Source: Raja brachyura (lineage: Eukaryota). From it: a stretch of DNA of 64,000 bases. The stretch is taken from positions 93,992,001 to 94,056,000 of the forward strand of contig OY740784.1 of assembly GCA_963514005.1 (NCBI GenBank), given 5' to 3'. The notes under the pieces are model-generated. The model saw only the letters and a program-made list of their open reading frames with translations, had not been told where the DNA came from and ran no database searches. The first letter of the stretch is position 1. Every line of letters starts with the position of its first letter. Below, one piece after another: positions 36,001-48,974 of this stretch. The position numbers and the translations under genes are program-made.

Positions 36001-37530
36001 TCGATATTACTAAAAGTCTGATCTTGACTACTTCCTGTTGTTCTGTATATTGATTTTAGATAAAACGCTGCTACTTACTGCTGTAAGTATCTTACCCAGA
36101 GTCCCCCTCCGCTGCGCAGGACAAGAGGATTTTTCCCATCGATTCACAATAAAAGAGTTATTAGTCTTTACAAAATGTTGAGATTCTCTCTCCCGAAGGC
36201 CACACTACATCCGGAGGGACTATAAAACCCGGATGTGTTGAGTGCCTAGGTCAGTCTCTGCAAGCTGGAGGGAGCGAGAGGGTGACGTCTCTCACTCTGA
36301 GCTGTGAATAACACTGAACACATGTCTACTAAACTCTGAGTGGTTTTACTGACCTGTCAGTGCCCTCAATGTGGTTTGTAAATATAGTTTGGAAATGCTA
36401 AAGCTGTGTTGCCTTTGGTTTGGAAATGCTAAACCTGTGTTGCCTTTGGTTTGGAAATGCTAAAGCTGTGTGCCTTTGGTTTGGAAATGCGAAAGCTGTG
36501 TTGCCTTTGGTTTGGAAATGCTAAAGCTGTGTGCCTTTGGTTTGGAAATGCGAAAGCTGTGTTGCCTTTGGTTTGGAAATGCTAAAGCTGTGTTGCCTTT
36601 GGTTTGGAAATGCGAAAGCTGTGTTGCCTTTGGTTTGGAAATGCTAAAGCTGTGTTGCCTTTGGTTTGGAAATGCGAAAGCTGTGTTGCCTTTGGTTTGG
36701 AAATGTGAAAGCAGTGTTGCCTAATTAAAGTTGCCTTCCCTAATTAAAGTTGCCTTCCTTTGTATATAATTAAAAGTCTAATCTTGACCAATCCTGAATC
36801 CTGAAGACGAAGCAAAAGACTAATCCTGTTTGCGCTTTATATTGATTTTAGAAAAAACACTACCACGTATGGCTGTGATTGTTGGCCATCTTACTCAGAG
36901 TCCCCCTCCACTCATCAGGTGCCGAGCATTTTTCCCATCGATGAAAAATAAAAGTTATCAGTGTTTAAAAAATGTTGAGATTCTGTCCCCTGTCAATCAT
37001 GCCACGAAGGCCATGCCCTTTCTGGTGAGAGGGGGGGAGGGACTATAAAACCCAGAAGTGTTGGTATGGCTCAGTCTCTGCAAGATGGAGGAGGGGAGAG
37101 GTCATGACTCGCTGTCTTTAATGGCCTTGCACCCTGCTTGAAATGGTATGAAACTGCACTTTAATTTTGTGGCCTTGCACCCTGCCTGCAGTGGTAAGAA
37201 ACTGCACTTGAATTTGGTGGCCTTGCATCCTGCTTGAAATAACCGTGAGTCAACTGACTGCGCACCAGCTGTGAGTGAGTGTGCTGCCAGCACAACAGGC
37301 TTGAGTGACTGAGTCACCAGCCAAATAATCCATTTGGCCCACAATGTCCATAATAGCCCTCTGGAAACCGGTCCCTTCAGCCCACAACACCCATATTAGC
37401 GTTCCAGAGAGCCCCCCCCCCCCTTCCCCCGCGGCCACCAATATTGGAATTGGTGGAAAGGTGGAATATTGTGTTGGGGGACCAGCCCTCCCGTGAGATG
37501 CTGGAACCCAATGGATCCCACTTAGTCTAG
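36001..37530 (+). mobile_element. Non-autonomous Helitron with a duplicated head, inserted at A|T without TSD
   Basis: CR1 flank CTGGGCTTA|TC...CTTAGTCTAG|TATTCACTG rejoins cleanly. 3' hairpin TGGAACCCAATGGATCCCA. Second head at ~36763. Confidence 0.85.
36387..36722. repeat. 31-bp minisatellite, ~11 copies
   Basis: Unit GGTTTGGAAATGCTAAAGCTGTGTTGCCTTT, no spacers. Confidence 0.95.
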
Positions 37531-37544
37531 TATTCACTGTAATT

Positions 37545-38130
37545 CTAGCCGCAGGCATGGCGTGGAGTTACTATCCGGAGTCTGGGATCCCACGGCGGGG
37601 ATTGCTGGAGAAGAGCTCCGACCACCAGCCTGCGGCCTGTGACATCCTGTAGCTGCGGTCTGCGAAGCTTCTAGCCGCGGGCGTGGCGTGGATATGCCAT
37701 CCGGAGCCTGGGATCCCTTGCCGGGGATCGTCGGAGAAGAACTCCAACCGCCGGCCTGCGGCCCATAACATCCTGAAGCCGCTGTCTCCGGTAGGAAAGT
37801 GTCGATTCAGGACCTCAAAGCCGTTGCGTGTGTTCGACCGTCCTGATGTCGGAGTTTCAATCATCCCGACGAGAAGGCCTGTACATCGGGCCGTTCATAG
37901 CGGCGACTACAGAGGGTTGATGGCCCCGACCACAGGTGAACAAAGGAGGAGGACTGGCTTAACTTTGTTGCCTTCCACCACAGTGAAGAATGCTGTGGTG
38001 GATGTTTGTGTTTAATTTTATTGTGTATTGTGTGTTCTTTTTAAGTGTATTGCTCCTGGCAAATTCATTTCACTGCACCTTCGGGTGTATGTGATGAATA
38101 AAATTGAAGTTTACTTTGACTTTTTGATTT
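37545..38130 (+). mobile_element. GC-rich SINE-like element with Rex1-type 3' tail
   Basis: Internal direct repeats, CCACCACAGT..GCTGTGGTGG hairpin, TTTCACTGCACCTTCGGGTGTATGTGATGAATAAA end. Confidence 0.6.
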
Positions 38131-38639
38131 TGTATTTAGTGGGATGAGAGGGGATCTTATAGAAACATATAAAATTCTTAAGGGATTGGACAGACCAGAT
38201 GCAGGAAAAATGTTCCCGATGTTGGGTGAGTCCAGAACCAGGGGTCACAATTTAAGAATAAGGGGTAGGCCATTTAGGACTGAGATGGGGAAATACATTT
38301 TCACCCAGAGAGCTGGATCTCTGGGTGAAAATTCCAGTTTGGAATATTCCAGTTGGAATATTTTGGAGGACCAAGTAACCAAGAACCAAGAGTTGTGAAT
38401 CTGTGGAATTCTCTGCCACGGAGGGCATTGGACATCAATTTGCAGGATGTATTCAAGAGAGAGTTAGATATAGCTCTTTGGGCTAACAGAATCAAGGGAT
38501 ATGGAGAAAAAACAGGAACTGGGTACTGATTCTGGATGATCAGCCATGATCATATTGAATGACATATCAAAGATCTGAATCTCCCACTCCTGCACCAACT
38601 TCCTATGTTTCTATTAAAATATATAAAGTTAGAGATAGG

Positions 38640-39895
38640 GTGATACAGCACAGAAATTTCCTTTGGCTCAACTTGGCCATGCTGACCAAAATGCCACATC
38701 TAAATTAGTTCTACGTACATGCGTTTGACCCATATTCCTTCAAACCTATGCTATGCATTTACTACTTCAAACTTATTTTAATGTTGTTATTTTACCTCCT
38801 TCAACTACCTCATCTGGCAGCTCATTCCATATATCCACAATCCTCTGTGTAAGAAAAAAGGTGCCCTGCGGCTTCCTATTAAATCTTTCCCCTCTCACAA
38901 ATCTATGTCCTTTGGTTCTTCAATCTAGACTCCGTGTAAAAGACAGTTTTCACCTTATCTATTCCCTTCGTGATTTTATACACCTCTATACGTTCAGCCT
39001 CATACACCACTAGGAATACTGTCCTAGTCTGCCTAACCTCGCTATAATCTTGGCAACAACCTCATACTATAAATCTTCGCTGGCATCTTTCTAGCTTAAC
39101 AACATACATCCTATAGCACAGTGACCAAAACTGAACACGATACTCCAAATGCAGCTTCACCAAAGCGCTGTACAACCATAACATAACATCCCTACAATTA
39201 TACAGTACCCTGACTGATGAAGGCCAATATCCCAAAAGCCTTCTTGACCAACCTATTTATCTCTTTGCTACATTCAAGGAACTGTGTAACTGCACTCTTA
39301 GATCCCTTTGCTCTACAACGCTCCCCAGGGGCCTGCCATTCACTGTGAAGATCCTGGTCTGGTTTGACTTCCCTCCATGCAATACCTCGCACTTATCTGC
39401 ATTAAATTGCAATTGCCATCCCTCAGCCCATATGCCCAGCAGACTCTATATGCCGTAATTTTATATAAGCATCTTCACTATCTATATACTACCAAATATA
39501 ATGCCATCTGCAAACTCACTGATCATGCCTTGTACATTCTCATCTAACTCATTGATATAGATGACAAACAACAATGGGTCCAACACTTCTTCTTTTGTAT
39601 GGCATGCACAGCCTAAAGTTGTAGGACAACTTGTTCTATTTGATCTTCTGTTTGTGCACGTCGAGTTGTTTGCATTAGTCATAACAGGGCGCACCACGAG
39701 AAGGTTGCAATCTTCCACCCCGGTCCAGTACTGACCCCGAGGCACATCACTAGTCACAAGCTCCAGTCTGAAAAACAACCTTCCATCACCATCTGCTTCC
39801 TTCCATGAAGCCAATTTTCTAACCCTGGATCCCATGTGATCTAACCATCCAGAGCAGCTGATCATTCGAATCCTTATCAAATGCCTTTCTGAAAA
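38640..39895 (-). mobile_element. Old CR1 fragment(s)
   Basis: VKKAFGILAFISQG; LDPLLFVIYINELDENVQGMISEFAD. Confidence 0.75.
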
Positions 39896-39904
39896 TAGTG
39901 TAAA

Positions 39905-40500
39905 ATATGAAGCCAGAGGAAGGAATATAGGTAGAAGGGGATGAGGGAAGGTGAAAGGGAAAATGGGTCTGTGTGGGAATGGGACCCTTCCCTTTCCCAT
40001 ACATATCTTTCTGTCCTGGACCTCCTCCATTGCCAGAGTGAGACCATGTGCAAACTAGAGGACGAGCACCTCATATTTCACTTGGGTAGCTTACAGCCCA
40101 ATGTTAAGAACATTGAATTCTCCAATTTCAGTTAAGTAGCCGACAAACACCACCACCCTCCTCGACCCCTCCTTTTTTCCCCCATTCCCCTCTTGCCATC
40201 TCTTTTCCTTGTGCCCCACCTAGATGTACACCCACTTTTCTCTATCCCCTTCCCTCATCCTCTCCCACCTTTGTTCCTTCCTCTAGCTTCATATTTCATG
40301 CTTTTATCCTTTTTATCGCACTTCTTAGGCTATAGTCCAACCATCTGCAAAATCAAAATCCCTCCTTACCTGTTGCCTGATTTTGACCTCCCACCACCTC
40401 TCATCTAGTTTTCTCTCCCCACCCCCTCCCCCCAACTATAATCAGTCAGAAGAAGGATTCTGACACAAAATGTCAGCTATCAATGTTCTTCCGAGAAGTA
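39905..40500 (+). mobile_element. Penelope 3' fragment (GIY-YIG C-terminus, 3' UTR, degenerate hammerhead) with inverted 5' piece
   Basis: LSVLDLLHCQSETMCKLEDEHLIFHLGSLQPNVKNIEFSNF matches the end of the 61338 ORF. 39905-39965 is inverted to ~40235-40295. CAGAAGAAGGATTCTGACACAAAATGTC at ~40447. Confidence 0.8.
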
Positions 40501-40609
40501 GAGAAGGCCTTTTAAATTGCACAAGCATTTGTAATTAGGAGCAAAGAATAGAAAAACAAGAAACCTTTTTATAAACCATCAATTAGACTGTACCTGGATC
40601 CTGGTCATA

Positions 40610-42240
40610 GTGTCACATAGTCATAGAGCAGGGAAGCAGGTCCTTTGGCCCATTTTGTCCATGCCTTCTAAGATGCCTCATCCATGCCTGGCCCATATTG
40701 CTCTAATCTTTGCTATCCATGTGCATGTCTATTAAATGTTATCATTGTACCTGGTCTAACTACTACTTCTGGCAGCTCGTTCCGTATACCCACCCCCTCT
40801 GTGCGAAAACATTGCTTTTCAAGTTCCTATTAAATCATTCTCCTCTTACTTTAATTTAGTAACCTCGAGTTCTTGATTCCCCCACCTATTTCTCCTCCTC
40901 ATAGTCTTATATACCTCCATGATATCACTCCTATAACCATATAACCATATAACAAATACAGCACGGAAATAGGTCTTCTCGGTGTCGACCAGTTATTTTC
41001 CCCTAGTCCCATCTACTGGCATTCAGACCATACCCCTCCATTCCCTTCCCGTCCATATACCTATCCACTTTACTTTTAAATGTTAAAATCGATCCTGCCT
41101 CCACCACTTCTGCAGGAAGATCATTCCACACAGCCACCACTCTCTGAGTAAAGAGGTTCCCCCTCATGTTGCCCCTAAACTTCTGTCCCTTAATTCTCAT
41201 GTCATGCTCTCTTGTTTGAATCTTTCCTACCCTCAATGGGAAAAGCTTATCCACGTCAACTCTGTCTATCCCTTTCATCATTTTAAAGACCTCAATCAAG
41301 TCCCCCCTTAACCTTCTATGCTCCAAAGAATAAAGACCTAACGTTCAACCTTTCTCTGTAACTTAGTTGCAGGAACCCAGGCAACATTCTAGTAAATCTC
41401 CTCTGCACTCTCTCTATTTTGTTGACATCCTTCCTATAATTAGGCGACCAAAATTGTACAACATACTCCAGAATTGGTCTTACCAATGCCTTGTACAATT
41501 TTAACATTACTTCCCTACTCCTATATTCAATGCTCTTTCCTCACTTGCATTCCACCTGCTGCAATGATTTATAAAGGCCAGCACACCAAAAGCTTTCTTT
41601 ACCACCCTATCTACATGCAATTCTACCTTCAGGGAACTATGCACAGTTATTCCTAGATCCCTCTGTTCCACAGCATTCCTCAATTCCCTACCATTTACCA
41701 TGTAAACTCCTTAGCCTCCAACTCTCCGAATAAAGTCCTAGCCTGCTCCACCTTTCCCTAAAGCCCAGACCTTCCAGTCATGGCAGCGTGCTTGTACATC
41801 TTCTCTTCTCTGCACTCTCACAATTAAATGGCATCTTTCCTATAGCAGGAAGACCAAAACTGAACACAATACTCCAAGTGCGGCCTGACCAATCTTGTAC
41901 AACTATAACATAGCGTCCCAAAATCTGTACTCAATTTCCTGACTGATGAAGGCCACGTGCCGAAAATCTTCTTCCCTACCCTATCTGCTTGCAACGCCAC
42001 TTTCAGGGAACCACGTACATATACTTCAAGATCCCTCTGCTCTACAACAATCCCTGGGTCCTACTGTTCACTGCGAAGGTTTGATGTCCCAAAATGCACT
42101 TATCTGGATTAAACTCTAGTTGCCATTCCTCGGCAACTAGAGTTGAACTATAATTCTTGATAACCATCTTAACTGTTTACAACACCATCAATTTTTGTGG
42201 CATCTGCAAACTTACTTACCATGTCTTGTACATTCTCATG
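40610..42240 (-). mobile_element. Older CR1 carrying a younger CR1 (40933-41703)
   Basis: QRDLGITVHSSLK..LYKALVRPILEYVVQFWSP..RRLRGDLIEVFK; TTATATGG tail at 40933; older VSKFADATKI near 42200. Confidence 0.88.
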
Positions 42241-43769
42241 TGGAAACTGGAGATAAATGCTGCAGTTCAGCAATGAACCTTTGATGTTTATGGTCATAAT
42301 TGTCATTACGTTTTGTACAATTGGTCTATTTATGCCCGTGAGGAGGTCGTGAACCTGCTGACAGATTCCAGCAGCAAAATTCATCAGTATGATTCACTGC
42401 TAGACTTTGCCCGGAATCCAATGGTAGAGAACAAACGGCTGAGATTTCCCCACACGTATGCTGAGAGACCTGTTCATCGCAGTTCAGCAGACACTCAACA
42501 GCTGTAGAGAAGAAATTTAAGCTGAAGTACATCACGATTTTTTTTGTTTCCTGCAGTGTTTTTCATTATATTACAAATTATCCAGAAGTATTTAATTACT
42601 TATTTCATTTTTAATAGGTTTTGAATGTTAGAAGCATTCCAAGACTTTAAAAAGCTTTAACAATCAGCAGATTTCACCTTTTGTCAGACGGTGGCCCACA
42701 GCAGCGCTGGCTTAAGATCAGAATCTGCTCTTCCCAGCATATGTAGCAGCAGTCGGCGCTGGCTGTCTGACAGGCTACTACAGTGTTGCGCCAGTGTGGC
42801 AGCAGGTGGAATGCAAGTGAGGAAAGATACTGGGTACCCGACTCTCCAAGTGACTGGCACTTTCCCAAGGCAACACATGGAGCATTTTAGGAGTTGGAGG
42901 ACTGATTGCTGCACCGCTGTGACCCCTTGCAAATTCCCTCGAGCATGGCATGTACAGCTATAATGTCTGCAAACTAAGCTCACACAACACAAGCCTGAGC
43001 TTTCACTGCAGTATCCAGATCTTTGGAAGGTGACATTTTGATGATGAAGCACTGCATTGTCATTGCCTTAGGAAAGGTGCTGATGGAGTTGCTTGTGGTT
43101 CTCATGCTGGAAAGGAAGATTCCAAGTTATGCACTAAACCCTGTTTGAAATTGGTGCTGGACTGCTACATTCCTGGCTTCTTGGTCGCCCAGCCAATGGT
43201 CCAAGCATTATCAACCTTTTCCTTTAGGCTGCCGGATTAGTCTCATCACAGCTCTCTGCAGCGGATCTCATGCAAACTCCCCCTTTGGAAGGGCTGGCAC
43301 TTGTCCGAAATGAATTATTAATATCTGAGTTGTTGGCTGGAAGTAATAAATCAAGCAAACTCATTTTGCTCACATCTTCACTCTTATTGTCATCCTAACA
43401 CTGACTGGGTATGTTACAGTTCTTGTGTATTTCACAGGAGAAAGGCAGAAAACAAAGGTGGTGGTGAAGGGATAGGTGATCGATGCAGACAGTAGGGGCC
43501 TTCGCTTTTCGCACCTGAACTGTGCATATCCAAAAAGATGGTGGGATGAGGATGAAGTGATATGTGAGAAGGAGCACCAAAGGCACGAGGGCACTGTCAA
43601 CTTCAGTGGTTTCTGCTCACCATTGATTGCAAATTCTGCACAGGCCACGCCAGTGTTGGTAATTAATGGGGCATGTAAATCATGATGACGCAGATTAATG
43701 ATAGTTGGAGTAGAGTGAGGAAATAACAGTTGCGTAGCGTAGTTGATGGCATAGACTTTTGAAGACGCT

Positions 43770-43980
43770 TTCACTGACCTTGACAACATTTTTTTACATC
43801 ACCCAGATTCTTAGGGAATTAGGGACAACCCCTATGTATTCACAGTCTTCTGCGTGTGTGGCCGACTTGCTGCTCGCTATGTTTGGAGCAGCATATTTCC
43901 CTTTCAAACCTCTTGCACCAAAGCATCGAGAATAGCATGGGAAAAACATAGAGATGCCTCTCTTCCCTGTTGTGCCTTTA
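43770..43980 (-). pseudogene. Relic of a Harbinger-associated Myb/SANT-like ORF
   Basis: KAQQGREASLCFSHAILDALVQEV*KGNMLL resembles the R.P.FS...L.ALV.EV......LF start of Harbinger Myb-like proteins; stops present. Confidence 0.5.
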
Positions 43981-44739
43981 GGCCTTTGACAAATTGCTGC
44001 TATCTTTGCTGATTCCCAGCACCACGTTGCACCTCCACTTTAATTAGTGTAGCTTGCCTTACCATGTGCTTTTAGACCTTTAAACTGGGACTCTCTTAAG
44101 GCAATGAGCTGTCCAATGACATGGCAAGTTGTTTTTAAGGACTTGGCAGCAGAGAAGAGGAGCCAACACAGTTTAATTGTTTGAGTGCGCGCATGACGTT
44201 GTTGATCAGACCTAACAGCCTAAGCAGCAAGTAAAAATGACTTGGACAGTAGCAGAGTGCCAATATTGGTGCAACCTATTTTTGAGTGGGGTTGCTTTGC
44301 TGCTGGTAGGTCAACTAAACCTGCGCACAGAATCAAGGCACAGTGTTCAAGATTTATTTGCTCTTAAGTCTGCTGGATTTCTTTCTAAGTGTGTTTAGGG
44401 GGCAATTATGGAAGTCAATGGAGTGTGTGCTCCTCCTGATAGATGTGGTAAATCCTGGAGCAGTCTTGTGACCCTGAAGACTGGGTCTGCCGGACTTGTT
44501 TCCAGGTCCAACTCCTCCAAGACCACATGGGTCAGTTGGAGCGACAGTTGGACACACTGAAGAGAATATATGAGGCAGAGGGGGGGTGATAGACACTATT
44601 CAGGACAGTGGCCTGCCAGGTTCAAGGTTCAGCCAGAAAGATGGGTGACCATCATGAAAGGCAGTGCAGGATTCTCCTGTGGCTATCACCCTCTCATACA
44701 AGTGCACTGTTTTTAATACTGGTGCCGCCGCAGCAAACG

Positions 44740-45757
44740 CCTTCCGGAGGTGCTGCTGAGAAGTGTAGGCCGGAGCCTCGTGGCCTGGGCCTCGCAAGTC
44801 GGAGATAGAGACTCACGGGTAGGAGCCTGGGCCTCGTGGACTGGAACGTCATGGGTTGGCGGAGCCCGTGGCTGCGGCACAGGTCGCGCCATGGCGACGT
44901 TCTGAGAGGACCCGGCACCGTTAGTGGATATGTCGGTGCGGCGGTCGATGATGGCGCGAGGACGGACACGAGGAAGTGAAGGACGCCACTGCTGAGGGAA
45001 GGACCAAAGGAGGACCCGACATGAGAGGACGCAGTGAGGGGGGGGGGGGGGGGGGGAGGGCGGGAGGACAAAGGGGGACCTGGCATTGGGGGAAGGGAAA
45101 TTGTAACTTTGTAAGCGCCTTTTATCATAATAATCATAATCATTATCATACTTTATTCGCCAAGTATGTTTTCAAACATACGAGGAATTTGATTTGCCAT
45201 AAAGTCATACCAATAAAAAGCAACAAAGCACACAAAATACATTTTAAAATCACCATCCACCACAGTGACTTCTCCACATTCATCACTGTGATGGAAGGCG
45301 AAAAGAAGTTCGATCTCTTCCCTTCTTTGTTCTCCTGCGGTCGGGGGCCTTGAGCCTTCCATTGATGGGGCTATTTTGGCTCCCGTAGCTGGCAGTCAGG
45401 CCCTCTGCGTCGAGGCGATTGACCTCCCGCATTGGATGATCCCGCGCCGGACGATCGGACCCCGGGTCGAGGCTGGTTGAAATCTTCTGCGTTGTTTGGA
45501 GCTCCCGACATACTGACATTTGACCAGATAATAGGCATTCGACCTAAAACTGCGAGCTCCTCGATGGTGAACATTAACACATACTTTTAAAACACACTAA
45601 AAATAACGAAAAAAAGGCAAAAAGACAGACATACTGTTGGCGAGGCTGCCATCGCGGCGCCACTTTATAGGTGACCATATGCATACCTTGGGTATGCAAG
45701 CAAAGAACTTCACTGTGACTTGTCACATGTGACAATAAAGCAATTCAATTCAATCCA
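44740..45757 (+). mobile_element. GC-rich SINE-like element with Rex1-type tail, interrupted at 45122-45664
   Basis: 3' end TTCACTGTGACTTGTCACATGTGACAATAAAG(CAATT)n. Confidence 0.55.
45122..45664 (-). mobile_element. SINE-like element related to 6918-7737
   Basis: 5' GTGGCGCCGCGATGGCAGCCTCGCCAACAG..GTCTGTCTTTTT, CCATCACAGTGA hairpin, AATAAA and (ATTATG)n tail. Confidence 0.65.
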
Positions 45758-45972
45758 TACTGATGGAAGGGGTGGCATCTCGGGCAAAAGTCAGCAACTA
45801 CCAGAATTATGGCATCACATCTGGCTTAGGTGATGAAGGTGACTGATGAGGGTAAGGCAGTGGATGTTGTCTACATAGACTTCACTAGGCATTTGAACAA
45901 ATACTTCATGGTGGGCTGAACCAGATGATTAACATGGGTGGAATCCTTGGCGAACAGGTAGTTTGGATTCAA

Positions 45973-46068
45973 GGGTTACACAAAAAGCTGGAGAAACTCA
46001 GCGGGTGCAGCAGCATCTAAGGAGTGAAGGAGATAGGCGACGTTTCGGGTCGAGACCCTTCTTCAGAC
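45973..46068 (-). mobile_element. Penelope-derived ~96-bp mini-insertion
   Basis: Near-identical to the terminal ~95 bp of the Penelope element at 61011-61105. Confidence 0.85.
46036..46068 (-). ncRNA. Minimal type I hammerhead ribozyme motif (PLE type)
   Basis: CUGAAGA-A-GGGUC(UC)GACCC-GAAACGUC: intact core, stem II and palindromic ACGU in place of stem III. Helix I is weak; activity untested. Confidence 0.75.
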
Positions 46069-48519
46069 AAACTGGCTTCCCCATAGAAGACAGAAGGTAA
46101 TGGTGGAAGGGTGTTATTCTGGATGGAAGCATGTGAGCAGCGGATTTCCTCTGAGATCTGTGCTGGAACCTCTGATGTTTATGATATATAATACATGGGT
46201 TGGACAAAAATGTAGATGTGTTGGTTGGTAAGTTTGCAGCCAAGACAAATATTGGTGTAGCTGAGGACAATGAAGCAGGCTGTCGGAGGATACAGCATGA
46301 TGTAGATATGGGCAGAGAATTGGCAACTGGAGTTTAATGCAGACAATGTGAGGTGCTGCAGTTTTGACGGTGAAATCTACTGGGAAAGCACACAATAAAT
46401 GGCAGGACCCTGACAGCACTGGTGTACTGCGGGATCCTGGGATCTAAGTTCATTTCACCCTAAAAGCAGCAAACATGTGAGTGGGAAATAGAGTGTCGCC
46501 TAATTATAGGAAGGATGTCAACAAAATAGAGAGAGTACAGAGGAGATTTACTAGAATGTTGCCTGGGTTCCAGCAACTAAGTTACAGAGAAAGATTGAAC
46601 AAGTTAGGTCTTTATTCTTCGGAGCGCAGAAGGTTAAGGGTGGACTTGATTGAGGTCTTTAAAATGATGAAAGGGATAGACAGAGTTGACGTGGATAAAC
46701 TTTTCCCATTGAGGGTAGGGAAGATTCAAACAAGAGGGCATGACATGAGAATTAAGGGACAGAAGTTTAGGGGTAACATGAGGGGGAACACTTTACTCAG
46801 AGAGTGGTGGCTGTGTGGAATGAGCTTCCAGCAGAAGTGGTGGAGGCAGGATCAATTTTAACATTTAAAAGTAAAGTGGATAGGTATATGGACGGGAAGA
46901 GAATGGAGGGGTATGGTCTGAATGCAGGTAGATAGGACTAGGGGAAAATAAATGGTCGGCAAGGAATGGAAGGGCCGAGAGGGCCTGTTTCCGTGCTGTA
47001 ATTGGTATATGGTTATATGGAAGACACGTGGAATGCTTCTTTGTTAGTCAGGCATTCCGTATTAGAGTCAGGAAAGTCTAATTTCAGCCTTGTCAGAGTT
47101 TGGATAGGCTGCATTTGAAGAATTGTACAGTTCAGGTTACGCCATTATAGGAAGGGTATGGAGGTTTTGGAAGGGTGCAGAATAGATTTACCAGGGTGTT
47201 GCCTGGATTAGAGTGTGCAATCTATAAAAATAGATTGGACAAACATGGATTATTTTCTCTGGAGCATAGGAGGTTCAGGAGAGAACTGATATAAGTTCAT
47301 AAAATTATGATAGAATCTATAGGGTAAACAGTCAGAATTGTTTTCCAGGGTGGAAATATCAAATACGAGAGGGCATAGCTCGAAATTGAGACTGGGAAAG
47401 TTTAAAAGAGTAGTGTCGGGCAATATTTTTTATACAGAGACTGGTAGGTGTCTGGAATGTGCTATTAAGGATGTTGGTGGAAGCAGCTACGATTAGTGGC
47501 ATTTAAGAAATTTGATTGGCATGTGAATTATGCAGGGCATAAAGTGATATGTATCACGTGCAAGCAGGAGGTATTAGTTTAATTCAGCATCATGTTTGGC
47601 ACATATATCTTGATCCAAAAAGTATTTTTGTGTGCTGTTCTGTACTGTTCTATGTTCCCTATACTCACGCTAGCTGGGTAGATATTATCATGACAAATTT
47701 GATGTGTCTCTGAATTTTCCTGATTGGATAGGAATTAATTGTGTGCATGAATCCCTGCATGTTTTAGAGGCAATAAATTTAGCCTCTTATGCCTGCTTGG
47801 TTAGAGCAAATTGTGGCACATGCTGAAAGCAAGAAGATTTAAATTATAAAATGCAATGACATTTTAACGACTTTTCTTGCCTGATGATGAACTGCTTGCT
47901 GAATGCAATTGTTGTCTTCATAGTTATCCATGCATTTTAATCTCTAAAAAATTATCAGCAATTATAGATGAGTTGCAGTTAGTTTTCCAGTAGATTACAT
48001 TTTCTGATCTATTGCTCTTGCCGTGCAGAAATCAGTTGGTATATGCACAACTAGATTAACGATAATGATAATTTTATATCTCTACTTTTTTATCCAAGGA
48101 AATATGCCTTAATTTAGTAGATATTAATCGAGTAAAATTTTTTGATATTTTCCTATAACTGCTCTTACTGAACAAAGAACCAAAGTTTATCTGGTACAAT
48201 TCGAGGCTTGGTGTTGGCCATGATTTTCAATCAGCAATCACGATATTTTGGTAATCAACCAATAAAGATATTAGGGAAACAGATTGACTTTTAATCTTGC
48301 CATTGTGCCAGATAACTTTTGAAATTAATTTCACAATGAAGGGACTTGAAATTACAAATTTATTTTTGTTGTGAAAGCTTCAAATTTAATGTGGGAGTGA
48401 ACCAGAACCCCTCTTTAAAGTTGTAATAATAAAATATACAGAAACTGGAAATTTAACAGATAAATCAGCTTTTCAAAAGGGTAGGTTGTGTCTAACCAGT
48501 CATACAAACTGTTTGGGAA

Positions 48520-48880
48520 AGTAAATTGTTATGTTACAGTTATACAAGACATTATTGAGGCTACATTTGGAGTTTAGTTTTACTCACCCTGCTATAGAAG
48601 GATGTTGTTAAGTTAGGAAGAATGCAGAGAAGATTAATGAGGATGTTGCCAGGACTTCGGGGCTTGTGATATAGGGAGAGGTTGGGCAGGCTAGGAGTAT
48701 TTCATGGAATGCAGGAAGATGAGGGATGATCTTTTAGAGGTGTATAAGATTATGAGGGCAACATATATAGTAGATGCACAGAGTAGAGGGATCAATAACC
48801 AAAGGATATATGTTTAAGGTGAGAGGGGAAAGATTACATTGGAATATGAGGGGCAACACATAGAGGGGTGGTGGGTACAG
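48520..48880 (+). mobile_element. Old CR1 3' fragment
   Basis: Degraded LYKTLLRLHLE..QRRLMRMLPGL..MRDDLLEVYKI. Confidence 0.7.
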
Positions 48881-48974
48881 ACTCTCTGCTTTATGTAAGG
48901 GTTATGTTCTGTAAACCCTCATGTAAGTCAGATTTTATGCTAGTCGAAATCAACATAAGAGTAAAAAACAAAAT

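Larger units (their letters stand above)
35178..38615 (+). mobile_element. Degraded CR1 RT-to-tail fragment split by a Helitron and a SINE-like element (35178-36000, 37531-37545, 38135-38615)
   Basis: QSQHGF..TNLLEFF..YLDFQKSFDKVP..SGVPKGSVLGP..FADDTK; LVRPHLDY; MRGDLIETYKI. Confidence 0.88.
45800..47657 (+). mobile_element. Old CR1 body carrying a younger CR1 3' insertion (46494-47020) and a Penelope mini-insertion
   Basis: AVDVVYIDF motif near 45858; SPNYRKDVNKIERVQRRFTRML; tails at ~47020 and ~47655. Confidence 0.85.

Noticed and set aside
36387-36722. 31-bp repeat array resembling CRISPR repeat length
   Set aside because: Units are head-to-tail with no unique spacers, there are no cas genes, and the context is a eukaryotic Helitron. 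It is a minisatellite.
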